A stretch of 64,000 nt of DNA from Octopus bimaculoides (lineage: Eukaryota). This document shows, piece after piece, positions 35,708 to 48,229 of the stretch (position 1 is its first letter; every line of letters begins with the position of its first letter). The position numbers and the translations under genes are program-made. The notes beneath the pieces were generated by a model, which did no database searches, was not told the DNA's origin, and saw only the letters and a program-made list of their open reading frames with translations. The stretch is taken from the NCBI RefSeq assembly GCF_001194135.2, contig NC_068985.1:61255520-61319519 (forward strand), written 5' to 3'.

Positions 35708-38574
35708 TCTCTTGCAAGGTTTGAACCCAGTGTTTCAGTTCCTGAATTTCAATAGACAGAACAGGAGCATTTCTATTTAGGTCACCTTCTTTATGGTGAC
35801 TGTTCAGTTTATCATTTCAACAGACTGAGTTCACTGCAGTGAACACAGTTGTTGAATATTGTATATTCCTCTCACAACAAATGTTTGATCTGAGGATTCT
35901 GTAATGTTAAGTATCAGTATAGAAATTTACCCTGGGTACAACACTAGTCTATTGCTTGTGAGTTACAATAGAAAAATCTGCTAAATAAATCAAGGGGTGG
36001 GAAGTAGGATAAAAAAATTTTGCACAGTAAGACTAACACTTTCTTTTTCCAAGCTGAGATTCGAAACTGAATCTAAGGATTCTCGCTCATCTGATTCAGC
36101 ACTGGCCAAGCAGGTGTGAAAAAAGTTTCTCTGTCCTGTCAAACAGTAATGGATGGATTTCCCTTCAACCTACAACCAGAGTCATGTCTTTTAAGGTTCA
36201 AGTGGACAGGAGGCAACCTATATAGGTAGAAATTACTCCTGTGGTATGTCTGTCCTTCTAGCTGTCATGTCCATTATAAATAGTCAGACATACGACAGAG
36301 GCAGATAGCCATCACCAGGCAAACTCTCAAGAGACAAGCAGACAGCAAGCAAGTAACTTGCGCCAGTCAAGCAGCCAACATAGAACCACATATTCAGCAT
36401 GAACGACCCAACACAATAGCATTTGCAGAACATAAACAGACACCACCGAATAACCAATGCATACACAGACACAAAATATGCCCTGTTCTACATCATCACA
36501 TCGACACAGTATTTCCCCTGTTTATTTTCTTCTTCACCAACTCGAAGCAAGTTGGTAATGCTATGTAGTGAATTTTTTGATGTATACAACAAGTAAATTC
36601 AAGTGTCGATTAAATAAATTATTTAAACCACAATCCGATGCTTTCCCATTGTTTTACTTTGATGTCGTCCACATGCCTATTTCATCTGCTACCTCAACGA
36701 CATCTTTTTGCTACACCATCCTGTTACAGACTAATTAATTTTAAACAATTTGAAATTTCTCTCTGTAGCAGAAATTCCATATGTATAAGCATTACTCCAG
36801 CATGGTCCTATTTGAACTTTGTAGAAGATTAACACTTGATTAGTGCTTAAATGTTAACAACAGATCAGCGCTCATGTATCAACAGTAAATCAAATGCTCA
36901 TGTGACAATAAATCAGAACTTAAAATCAACAACCGGTCAGGGATCAAATCACAACCACAGATTAGAGCTTAAGATACCCAACTAATCAAAGTGAATTTAA
37001 TATAGCACAAAGAGCGTTACCTAGGTAACAGAAACTATATATAATGCCTAACAATTCATAGAATTCATTTCATGGGTGTCTCTACTGCTAAATAGTCTTA
37101 GTTTTTCTGTCAGTCTGCCACAGACCACACTGCATCAGTTGTGTACCCATTTCTTACTCTGAGTTCCCACCTGTTCCTTACCTCTTTATTGAGCAATAAC
37201 ACTTCCCCAGTAGCATCATCATTATCATCCTTTAATATCCGTTTTCTATGCTGGCATGGGTTGGACAAGAGCTGGCAAGTCAGAGAGCTGCACCAGGTTC
37301 CAGTCTGATTTGGCTTGGTTTCTATGGCTAGATGCCCTCCCTAATGTAACTGCTTTATAGTGTGTGCTTGATCCACCCAAATTTTCATATGAACACGAGA
37401 CACCTGTCTATGTTGATATTCTTTTCTCCAAAATAATGTGTGATATTATAATAACTTGGATTGTTTTTTGCCAAAAACACTTTATTCAAACAGCTTGTAA
37501 TTGGTGATAAAAGTGTTCATTAATAACAACATCATTTACACAAAAAGGGATTGTTTGACAGTTTGAATAAGTATATATGTTTATAAACTAACTTTTGAAG
37601 CACTGAGTGAGTTAGTATTTTACAAAAAATATACAAAATCTTAAATGCAAAATAGCTGTGGAAACAGCTTAGAAGATCGGGTAAACACCCTTAGAAAATG
37701 GTTAAAAAAGTGGTCAACAATCTATTACAGAAAACCAAACCCTGTACCTCTCAAATTCCAACTAAGCACTCTGCACCATTTAGCTAAGTGATCCTTGACA
37801 TCAGATATCATTTTATAAAATATTAGATATCTTAAAATGGTAAAATTATTTTGATTTGTTAAAATGACGACCTTCTTTTCATCACTTAAAGCCACACCAC
37901 TTTTTTTGTAGCTAAATATTTTTGAGAAGGTTTCCATCATAAGAGTTCTCTCATACAGCTCTTTCATTTGAACATGACCATTGTATAATTTTCTCCTACA
38001 ATAACTGAGATATTTTGATTCAAAGCCAATTTTTTGGATTACTTACCATTTTTTCTGTCATTTAAAGCCATACTTCCTTTTTCATAGCTAATACTTTTTA
38101 ATGAAATTTCCACCAAAAGATTCTTCTCAATGAGCACATTCTTTTAAATGCAATTAATCTACATTTTCTTTTAAAATAACTGAGCTATTTTGATTCACAG
38201 TCAATTTTTCACCTCACTCTCCCATTTTTTACTTTACTTTTGTTTTAATAGAACCTTTTTAACTAATGAACCAAATTTCAATTATTTTATCTCCATCATT
38301 GCTAAAAAAGTTGCATACAATTTGGTTGAGAACTGAGTGAGAACTGAGTGAGAACTTGGGTGAATGATATATGTGTGTGTGTGTGTGTGTATAAATATAA
38401 ATTTCAATAGTATATGTATGAAAATGATTAAAGATACAAATAATAAATCATAAATTAGAAACTACATGGAAATAATGAAAAATGAAGAAAAATTTTTTAT
38501 ATTTACTAGTTAATCAATTCACATCATAAAAAACCTACAGGATACATTTAGATAATTCCTGTACATATTTCCAT

Positions 38575-39340
38575 AATTATTGTCATCATGTATTGTGTGC
38601 CTGCAACACATTGATGACACTACAGTGAAAATTTACTTGATTAAGTGCAAGTTCTCCAGCTGCCTTACCACTCTTGTCCAACCAGCTCATGATGTTGTCC
38701 ATCTATTGTGTTCTTTGCCTGCCACTTGATCTACTATCATCTACTCTTCCTTCCATGACATGTTTTCCAGACCTCTGCTTTATCAAATATGGCCAAAACA
38801 GATAAGATTTTGTTTTCTCACAATGTTCAAGAGTTGTAGTCTTTCACCAACTTGTAGCACCCATTCATTTGTCCAATGGTCCTTGTAAAAACTCATAACA
38901 TTCTTCTGTACACTGACATTTCAAACACATTAACTATATTCTCTTTAAATTTGTTCAGAGTCCATTTTCCACAATCATAAGTGTTTAGTGTGAATGCTCA
39001 TCCAACAAATAGCCAAATGAGCACTTGAACTAGCCTTGTTTTTATCTTAGCTGGGACATTTTTGCTGCTCCAGATGTTATTAAACTTTTCCATGGATGTT
39101 CTTACCATGGCTAAGTGAATCCTAATTTCTTTCTTACAAGTGGCTTCATCAGAGATTTGGGATCCAAGATATTTGTACAATTCAACCTGTTCAATCCTCT
39201 TTCAGCCCAGTTTGATGTCAACATCTACTTTCTCTTCTCTTTCTACCATGACTTCTGTTTTCTTATGTTTGAAATAAAGACCATGCATATTTGATACCTT
39301 CTTGACTCTATTGTTTCTTGCAGTCCAGCTTTCACAACAT
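38575..39340 (-). mobile_element. RTE-clade LINE 3' fragment (different family)
   Basis: KYLGSQIS...CKKEIRIHLAMVRTSMEKFNNIWSSKN..KIKTRLV. Confidence 0.8.
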
Positions 39341-39619
39341 ATTTTAAAAATATTTAAAAAGTTAAATATTTAAAAGAAAATAATCGATCATTTCATCAGT
39401 AATTTAAAACTAAATGGATTTTAAAATAAAGGAAACTATAGTGTTTGTTACTACAAGTTGAAGAATATGAATCATATAGTTGATGTAAAAAACAAAAAAA
39501 TAAAAATAAAAACGAAAACATAATGTAAAAATGATAACAGCAAAACAAAATATGAAAGAAAGGTGAAAAATGTATAATAAATTAATGTACGTACACACAC
39601 ACACACATTAATTAAAAGT

Positions 39620-40745
39620 TGCATACAGTTTATGTCTGGTCATAGAGTGACCAATGTTTTCACATTCACAAGTCCTTAGTCTCGTGGACATCTCATCAGA
39701 CTCTAAAGCCAAAGATAAAGGTAATTCTTCACCTCTGGGCGGCAAGAATCTGTTATGGCCGTTTGGTCAGTTGTCACCAAAGAATAAATAGTCCAGATCA
39801 ATGAGGACAAGTTATCTCTTTTAGACCAGTTTTTTGTGGGCCAAAAGAGGGAAACAAGGGATTTATCCATTGGGCTGCTTATGGATCATAAGGATCCTTC
39901 TGGGCTTAATTGGAGAAAGGGGAATCTCATGCTTGCACCTATGATGGATGCAAAGACGGTAAATTTCTTGGTGGGTCTTCAGTGATCCAGGTTTCAGGGA
40001 GTCTCTGAGTATCCTTGCTCGTTCTGCTAAGCAAAAATTCTAGCTACTGTTAATGTAGAGTTCCGGCTGCTCTAAGATCTTTCACTTGATTTTGTATGAG
40101 GTCCCTTCATCTTTGAGGTGCCACATGTGACTAGTCAGGGATGCGACAAATCATTTTTCTGGAATCCTGAAATAGGACCTGTGGTTGTACAGGCATCACT
40201 TAAAGGTCATCCTGGCTGACCCAATGTATTTCCAGGATTGGGTGTTGGTTGCACTCACATCACTGGTGCATCTTCAGTTGGCTTTGGGCCTGGAGATGTT
40301 GTTGTTGCCACTGGTGTTGCTGGGGCTGCCATCGGTGCTGTTATCATTACGAGGCATGGATCCAGCAATATCATGGTGGCTGTTACTGTGGCTGTCATGG
40401 TCATCCCTGACTGTGGTGTTGACGTTACTGTCACCTATGGTGATGTGGGTGCTGTCGTTGGTAATATTGGATGTGGGGCCAGTGACCTCACTGGTGCTGC
40501 TGGTGTCGGTGTAGTCATCCTCTCAGGTTGTAGTGCTGGGGTCGTTGGTGTCAGTGCAGGTGTTACTGCTTTCAAAACCATCGATGTTGTTGGATAATCT
40601 GTTGCTGCTATCACTATGGTCGCTAGGCCTGGGTATCCCCATGGCCTCATAAATGACTCTCTCAGCCTCACATTTGCCTCTAGTATCACTGGTATCTAGT
40701 GGATTTAAGGACCACATCTACATGCCAAGTCCACAAATGAAAGTG
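39620..40745 (-). mobile_element. Penelope-like element 3' end: GIY-YIG with long insert, 3' UTR, hammerhead
   Basis: One frame reads GKCEAERVIY-(140 codons)-YIGSARMTFK*CLYNH...SLTSHMWHLKD...IK*KIL...CLAERARI...HRCK. Hammerhead at 39643-39705. Confidence 0.85.
39643..39705 (-). ncRNA. Type I hammerhead ribozyme motif (decayed)
   Basis: rc TAGAGT-CTGATGA-GATGTCCACGAG-loop-CTTGTGAATGT-GAAA-ACATTG-GTC-ACTCTA. Confidence 0.7.
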
Positions 40746-40749
40746 CTGC

Positions 40750-41140
40750 CAAAACTTCGTATTGGTTTGCCCCACCCTTCTCACTCAACATCAAGACTTG
40801 CGTGGGAAGAATATTTCTCAGGTTAGTAGAGAAACACTTTACGCAGATGCATAAATACAAATGTTTGTTCAATAGGCACAACCTAAGGGTCACCTTTAGT
40901 TGTACACCCAACATGACAAGTATATTAGCTAACACCTATAAAACAAGGGAGAAGGCTGGTTGCTCTTGCAGGGTGTGCAATGACTGTCCAGTGGGAGGCC
41001 AATCGAGGTTAAGGGGGTCATCTATTATGCTGTGGTGATATTCAGACCTAACAACCATAATAATAGTAGCAATGGATCATCCAACAACATTAATGGTATT
41101 GGAAGCAGCGACAGCAGCAGAAACACCAGCACTAACACCA
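40750..41140 (+). mobile_element. Penelope-like fragment (thumb, linker, start of GIY-YIG)
   Basis: WFAPPFSLNIKTCVGRIFLRLVEKHF...LFNRHNLRVTFSCTPNM...CSCRVCNDCPVGG...GVIYYA. Confidence 0.85.
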
Positions 41141-42600
41141 ACTTGTTTGGTGTGCAGGTAGGTGTTCTCCTAGGTTCAGTTCTCAGCCACTTCTTGTTTA
41201 TTATAGTCTTGCAGGCCATAACAGAAGAATTTGAAACTTGTTGCTCAAAGGAGCTCTTCTATGCTGATGACCTTGTTCCTACAACTGAAGCTATAGTAGG
41301 ATTCAAAAAGAAATTTCAGGTATTGAAGCAAGGACTGGAATCAAAGGGCCTTAGAGTTAATTTGGCAAAGACTAAAGTGCTAGTAAGTAGGAAAACAAAC
41401 AAATTACGAAGCCCTTCAGAGAAATGGCCCTGCTCAATATATAGAAAAGGTGTAGGTATGGTGCACTCATAAGAGGTGCAGTGGAATCACAGGAAGGTTA
41501 ACAGTCTTTGTGTGTGGCAGGCATGCAGGTACAATAAACACAAAGAATGTGCAGGAAATAGATTTCCTCAAATGTCCAGGTGGGTCCTTAGAAGTTGTAG
41601 ACAGTTTCTGTTACTGAGGTGACTAAATTATTACAGTGCAGGAGGATGCTTTAAAAGTGTTGTTGCTAGAATAAGAACCAGCTGGTCAAAGTTCAGAGAG
41701 TTATTATCTTTGTTGTTAACTTTCTCAGAGTGAAAGGCAGATTGTATGATGCCTACAGACAGACAGCTATGCTACACAACAGCAAAATATGGGCTGTGAA
41801 GGCAGAGTATATATATGAAGGCTTGAAAGAAATGAAGCCAACATACTCTACTGGATGTGCAATGTCAACGTGAATATATGACAAAGTGTAAATGTTTTGA
41901 GAGTAAAATTGGGTATAAGAGGTGTCAGATGTAGTGTGCAAGAGAGAAAACTGCTGGTATAGTCATGCAATGCTTATGGACAACTGCACAAAGAAGTGTT
42001 AATCTCTGGATGTGAAGGGAACCTGTGAAAGAGGAAGACCTAGAAAGATGTAGGATGAAGTGATGAAAAATGATCTTCAGATGCTGAGCTCCACAGAGAT
42101 GACAGAGGACCAAGACAATTGACAGTTTACTGTGTTTGAGAAAACCTCCTGAGCTATATAAAAGTTGAGGCCATAAAGGCATGTCTTTTATTTCATACTC
42201 CTCTCTCTGCTCACAATCTGTACCTGACAGACCTCTCCCTAACACCTCCTCTTCCCCCCGCCAATGCTCACCTCCTGCTGTATTCCCCTCCCCTCAATTC
42301 CCCACTTTCTTTCACGAACCTTCCTACACACAATATATTCCTGTGGAATCTCTTCCCTACAACACATCCTCTTAATATCCACCCACCACATGTTCCCATC
42401 CAGTCCATTACCTCCCCGCTCCATCTCTCACTCTCTTTCAAGATCTCATAAACTTACCCACCCATTCATCCTCTCCAATCCCCAACCCACTTCATTATAT
42501 ACCTCTCCCTGTAACTTGGGTGTACACCCATCAAACTTCACCATCTTATCTCTCTCTTTCTACCCAAAGTAGCACTGTTTCTCTTCTACTGCAAGACACC
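41140..42600 (+). mobile_element. Old RTE LINE copy with pyrimidine-rich 3' region
   Basis: VLLGSVLSHFLF...LFYADDL...GLRVNLAKTK; C-terminal part decayed. Confidence 0.85.
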
Positions 42601-43690
42601 TGTTTCTGTCCCTCAATATTACTCTCTCCACCTCAGTTGAAAGGTCTTGTCCTGGAAATTACTTGGTGATTTCTCTGATGTTGGTACCATGTAAAAAGCA
42701 TCCAGAACACTCTGTGATTGGCATTAGGAAGGGCATCCAGCCAAAGCAGACTGTAGACTTTGATCCAACCAATGGAGTATGTTAAATGATGATGATGTAT
42801 GCATACACTTATATATACAAATATATATACTTACACATGCATATATGTATGTCTNNNNNNNNNNNNNNNNNNNNNNNNNNNNNNNNNNNNNNNNNNNNNN
42901 NNNNNNNNNNNNNNNNNNNNNNNNNNNNNNNNNNNNNNNNNNNNNNNNNNNNNNNNNNNNNNNNNNNNNNNNNNNNNNNNNNNNNNNNNNNNNNNNNNNN
43001 NNNNNNNNNNNNNNNNNNNNNNNNNNNNNNNNNNNNNNNNNNNNNNNNNNNNNNNNNNNNNNNNNNNNNNNNNNNNNNNNNNNNNNNNNNNNNNNNNNNN
43101 NNNNNNNNNNNNNNNNNNNNNNNNNNNNNNNNNNNNNNNNNNNNNNNNNNNNNNNNNNNNNNNNNNNNNNNNNNNNNNNNNNNNNNNNNNNNNNNNNNNN
43201 NNNNNNNNNNNNNNNNNNNNNNNNNNNNNNNNNNNNNNNNNNNNNNNNNNNNNNNNNNNNNNNNNNNNNNNNNNNNNNNNNNNNNNNNNNNNNNNNNNNN
43301 NNNNNNNNNNNNNNNNNNNNNNNNNNNNNNNNNNNNNNNNNNNNNNNNNNNNNNNNNNNNNNNNNNNNNNNNNNNNNNNNNNNNNNNNNNNNNNNNNNNN
43401 NNNNNNNNNNNNNNNNNNNNNNNNNNNNNNNNNNNNNNNNNNNNNNNNNNNNNNNNNNNNNNNNNNNNNNNNNNNNNNNNNNNNNNNNNNNNNNNNNNNN
43501 NNNNNNNNNNNNNNNNNNNNNNNNNNNNNNNNNNNNNNNNNNNNNNNNNNNNNNNNNNNNNNNNNNNNNNNNNNNNNNNNNNNNNNNNNNNNNNNNNNNN
43601 NNNNNNNNNNNNNNNNNNNNNNNNNNNNNNNNNNNNNNNNNNNNNNNNNNNNNNNNNNNNNNNNNNNNNNNNNNNNNNNNNNNNNNNNNN

Positions 43691-44290
43691 TTTTTCGTGG
43701 TTAGATGATTCGGTATCTATTTCTAGCATATAGGAGTCCAATTTTGCTGGTCATTCCTCTTATTTTTGTATGTAATATAATTTTAATCTTCGAATTTTTT
43801 TTTAATATGCTACACCACTGGTTTTAATTGATTAATATCAATTTCTACCCTCATTAATAAATTTTAAATAATGATGTTCTCAAACCGGTAAATTAGCTGC
43901 AAAAGTTTATTAACTGCAGAATTATTTCCGGACTTAGCGCGCCAGATTGAAGACATTTGAAATGATACACTGAATGTAATTTGTAGAACTCTACACGTGT
44001 TCCCTTTCAGGTGGACGTCTTGTGTCTAGTTCTGGAAATTATACTTTAAATTGACAGACTACACTGATGATCCTGCAGATATTTACTTATGTAAATTTTA
44101 ACAGGTGAAACCATGGTACATAGGTTAATCGTTTTTTTTTTATTTAGTATTTTTTCATTTGTCTTGCACTTTTACAGTCTGTTGTGTTGCTAAAATTTTA
44201 CTGAGAACATATTTTTGTGGTTAGATGATTTGGCATCTATTTCTAGCATATAGGAGTCCGCTTTTGCTGGTCATTCCTCTTATTTTTGTA
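43691..44290 (+). repeat. 520-bp period direct repeat unit containing a hammerhead motif (retrozyme-like or PLE pseudo-LTR)
   Basis: 43691-43770 recurs at 44211-44290; hammerhead at 44059-44123. Confidence 0.75.
44059..44123 (+). ncRNA. Minimal type I hammerhead ribozyme motif (stem I decayed)
   Basis: CTACA-CTGATGA-TCCTG...CAGGT-GAAA with palindrome ACCATGGT, GTA triplet, then CATAG. Confidence 0.7.
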
Positions 44291-44989
44291 TATATATATA
44301 TACACAAGTTCAATATAAATATAAAGATATATACACATTAAAATANNNNNNNNNNATGCACATATCATTTGTATTCATCAACTTGTAATAATGAATGCTA
44401 TATTTTTCTTCATTTTAAACATTTTAGAATTCAATGCTGATGAAAGATAGATATTTATTTTTTTAGACATTTATTAAATATCAATTAAAGAAACATATGT
44501 ACAGAAGTTATTTAAATAAATCTTTTTAAATATTTCATTTAAAACAGACAGACAGATAGATAGTATAAAGACTAACAGGAAACATTCTCAGTGATATCTC
44601 AATATCTTCATTCCTACAATTGTTTCAATAATTCTTACACCATGGCACAGTTATGCAAGATGTAAGAATCATATCTTCAAGAAATAGTCTCCATAGACAA
44701 ACATGAAGACTATATTATAAATTCACTTATATATAGAATGAAAAAATAAAGAATGACAACAATTTGGATTTATCTTTAACTCAAGCTGTTGTAACTAACT
44801 CACAAATGACTTATGGTAAAGCTGTCTGTATTGGATAGGAAGACTAATCTTTATAATTTCTAATTTCACTCATAATTTAAAGAGATTGTCATAGTACTAA
44901 GACAACATTCTGCACTTTATGTGATGATACTTGGTGTCCTACAGAGATCTGTTCTTGTTCACATGTTTATTGCAAAAATTAGCATATAT

Positions 44990-45490
44990 TAACAAAATAG
45001 TGAACTTGAAGCATTTTACTGAGTTAAAATATGGAAATGACATTAAACAGTATCGAGATAAAAAGAATGGATCCTATATATGCTATAGATGTTTCCTGCA
45101 TTCTGACCTGAACACAATGCAGCAACAGATTGCTAACTGACAACTCAAGCTGGTAGTAGACAAATGCACCACTATAGATTTTTGGGAGAAAAACCTGGAA
45201 TTTATCTACACTTTTTACAACATCAACATTAAGAAGTCTGCAGTTGAATATGACCCAGGCATTATGTCAACAATGATCTGTGTTTGACAAACCACATTTC
45301 TAAAATCATCAAAAAGGCTGAAAGTATTTTAGCATCACTCAGAAAGACTTTCGTTAGTCACTCACCTACTATCTGTTTAAAGCTATATATGGCTATATGT
45401 CCACACTTGCAGATTGAATTTCCAGTCTAGAACTCTAATCTTGTGCAAGATGTCAATCTGTTGGAAGATATCTGAGATGTGCATAATGTT
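44990..45490 (+). pseudogene. CR1/L2-type LINE RT C-terminal fragment
   Basis: DLNTMQQ...LKL..DKC...NHISKIIKKAESILASLRKTF...CLKLY...LVQDVNLLEDI. Confidence 0.7.
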
Positions 45491-47754
45491 TCAACATTTA
45501 GCAGCTGACTTGTTAGAAGCCTCCAAGATAATCCAAATTTGGTTACTTTTGTATGCAGTATCACTACTATCTATGGATATGCTTATAAATAAAAATTAAA
45601 AAAACAGCACAGCACTTTGGAAATATTTTTCATTAAACACACAAAATTGTTGAAGCATGGAATGAAATATTCACTTCAGATGTTAGCTGTCAGGTGACTG
45701 CATTCTCCAAAAATTCAATGCTTCCTGAAATTCACCACCACTATTTTTGATATACCGATACACCCTTTACTCTTTATTGCTCTTTTACAGTTCACTTTTC
45801 TTTATTTTTGTGCTTTACCCTGTGTACTGTGCATATACTTTTGGCTTCCATTGCTGTCTTTCTTAACTAGAATTATTGCTGTTTTGTTTTCTCATATTAC
45901 CATTTTATCCTTGTAATATATCTAAGCACTGTATACAATAAGCTCGTCATCATCATCATCATCATCTTTAAATATTAGAAAACCTTTAGCTGTGATAGAA
46001 AATTATAAGTATGTAAACATATTCCTTCTATGCTATCAGTGAGTGGGAAAAAAAGAGCAGGGAAACTCCCAATTCCTCAAAAGGGACGTACCAGATTTCC
46101 TTTGAATATAACTTTTTAAATTCTGAGTTCAAATTCTCCAGGCAGTCATCTGCTTTACATGCACTTTGGTCAATGAAATAAAGTATCATTATTTACTGGG
46201 ATCTTTTTAATCAATTTATTCTCTGCACATTAAAATCAGAGATCTTGTGTCTGTCATAGAAATCAATTATGGTTTGATAATTTATAAAATAACAGCAAAA
46301 TCAAATCTAAGACATTTATTTGTTATTTGTCTTTTTTTTTTTTGCATGACCATTCTTTCAGGGTTTTTGAGACTGGTGAAGGGAAGGAAAGAAGTTTCCT
46401 TATCAAAGGCTTGGTCTTGATAATTTTTAACAGAATGAACCCCTTGCAAGGACCAGGTGGTAATATACTGGGTGAAAGGTTAAGTCTAACACTCATGAAC
46501 AGGAATGGTACCTTTATAGATATTCTTAAGTTTCTATCAACCAAGTTTCATATTTGTTTTATTGGAGTTATGGTAGAAAATACGTGTTCAAAGTACTACA
46601 TAATGAAATTGAATCTGGAACTATGAAGTTGTGAAGCAAACTTCCAAGCTACACAGCTTCTATGCTAGCAACTATAACAGATCAGTAACTTTATATCTGT
46701 TTATGTGTATTAATGTGTATGTGTATGTGTGTGTTTGTGTATGTGAGACACAGTAACACCAGAAATTCATCACATATTTTATACCTCAGCTTGTGAACAA
46801 TACAATCATTGATTCCAAGATTCCAGAGGATCAATCATTCATTCACTGTGTTTCTGAGAGTGACAAAGAGTTGCTTGTAACTCAATGCAAGAGAGCTCAT
46901 TTATTAAGCACCATTTTTACAGTTTTCTCACTGATATGTATATCCTAAGCCAATATGAATCCTTAAATCATACACACACACACACACATATGTGGTGAGC
47001 TTACACACAATTTCTATTATCCAAATTCCATTTGCAAGGTATTGATCAACTCATGGTTATGGTAGAAGATATTCATCCATAATGTTGTGCAGTTGGATTA
47101 AAACTACAGCCACATGGTTACTGAGCAAATTCCCTAACCACACAGCTAAGACCCATGACTATAAAGTAGTTGTCACTGTCTGAAGAATTTCTCTCTTCTC
47201 AGCTTATGCTAGTACAAAGACCAACCATTTGTGTATGTGTACATGTGTGTAACTGTCAGTTTGTATGCAGATGTATATGCAATTTCAGACCCTCACACAC
47301 ATGTATTTGTATCAATACATGAAGCCCATTTACAGGTGAGTGCATCTGTGTGTGTGTGTGTTTATTAATAGCAGTGATACCTATTACATATATGTATATA
47401 TTTATATGGCTCGCTACGTATGTTGAATATTTTTTACATACCTACTTTCAAGGATTGTTCATGTAGTTTCATATTTGTTGTACTGTTTCTATTATTAATA
47501 CCATCATCACTTACCATTTCTTAATTTCTATGAGTCAAAGACCCTGTACTTATGTCAAGAATCAATATTTCAGTTTTTATGAAAGAATGACTTTGTAGGT
47601 GCAAGAATGACTGTTTATATACTTGTTTGTTTGCAATTAAGAAATTTACTTCTCAAATACATGTTTTTAGTTCAGTCCTACTATGTGGCTTTTTGAGCAA
47701 ATGTCTTCAACAATTACCCTGGGCTGATCAAAGTTTTATGAAAACATACATACA

Positions 47755-47990
47755 CATCATCATCATTTAGTATCTGTTTTCCATGCTGGCATGGGTTAGA
47801 CAGTTTGACTGGAACTGGTAAGTCAGAGAGCTGTTCCTGGCTCCAGTCTGTTTTGGCTTGGTTGCCCTTCATAATGTCAACCACACTGTAGAGTGTACTG
47901 GGTGTCTTTTACATGTCACTGGCGCAGGTGCCTTTAATATGTCACTGGCACAGGTGTCTTTAATGTGTCATTGGCACATATATACACAGA
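47755..47990 (-). mobile_element. Old RTE 3'-end fragment
   Basis: (CAT)n followed by TTCCATGCTGGCATGGGTT; a similar piece lies at ~37215-37360. Confidence 0.7.
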
Positions 47991-48229
47991 TACTTACATC
48001 AGTGCAGGTGTGGCGCCAATTTAAGGAATTGGCTGTGCATGGTATGTAGAAAAGGAGTTGGCAAAACCTCTACTCAGTGTACTGACACAAACAGTGGATG
48101 CACAACAGATGTAGTGATGTCATAGGCAGACGAACAGCAAATGAAGCCTTCATGTGTTGCAGATATGAATGCACTTCATACTTAACATCCCTCTTGCTCT
48201 CAGGAGAGGGGCGTTAAGCATAAAAAAAT

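Noticed and set aside
40185-40597. Plus-strand Gly/Val/Ala-rich ORFs resembling membrane or structural proteins
   Set aside because: Antisense shadow of the S/T/N/D-rich PLE insert on the minus strand.
46345-46467. Possible minus-strand exon (CTTAAC..CAG acceptor; YITTWSLQGVHSVKNYQDQAFDKE...)
   Set aside because: No convincing donor, no recognisable homology and no partner exons. Spliced RNA-seq or BLASTX would decide.
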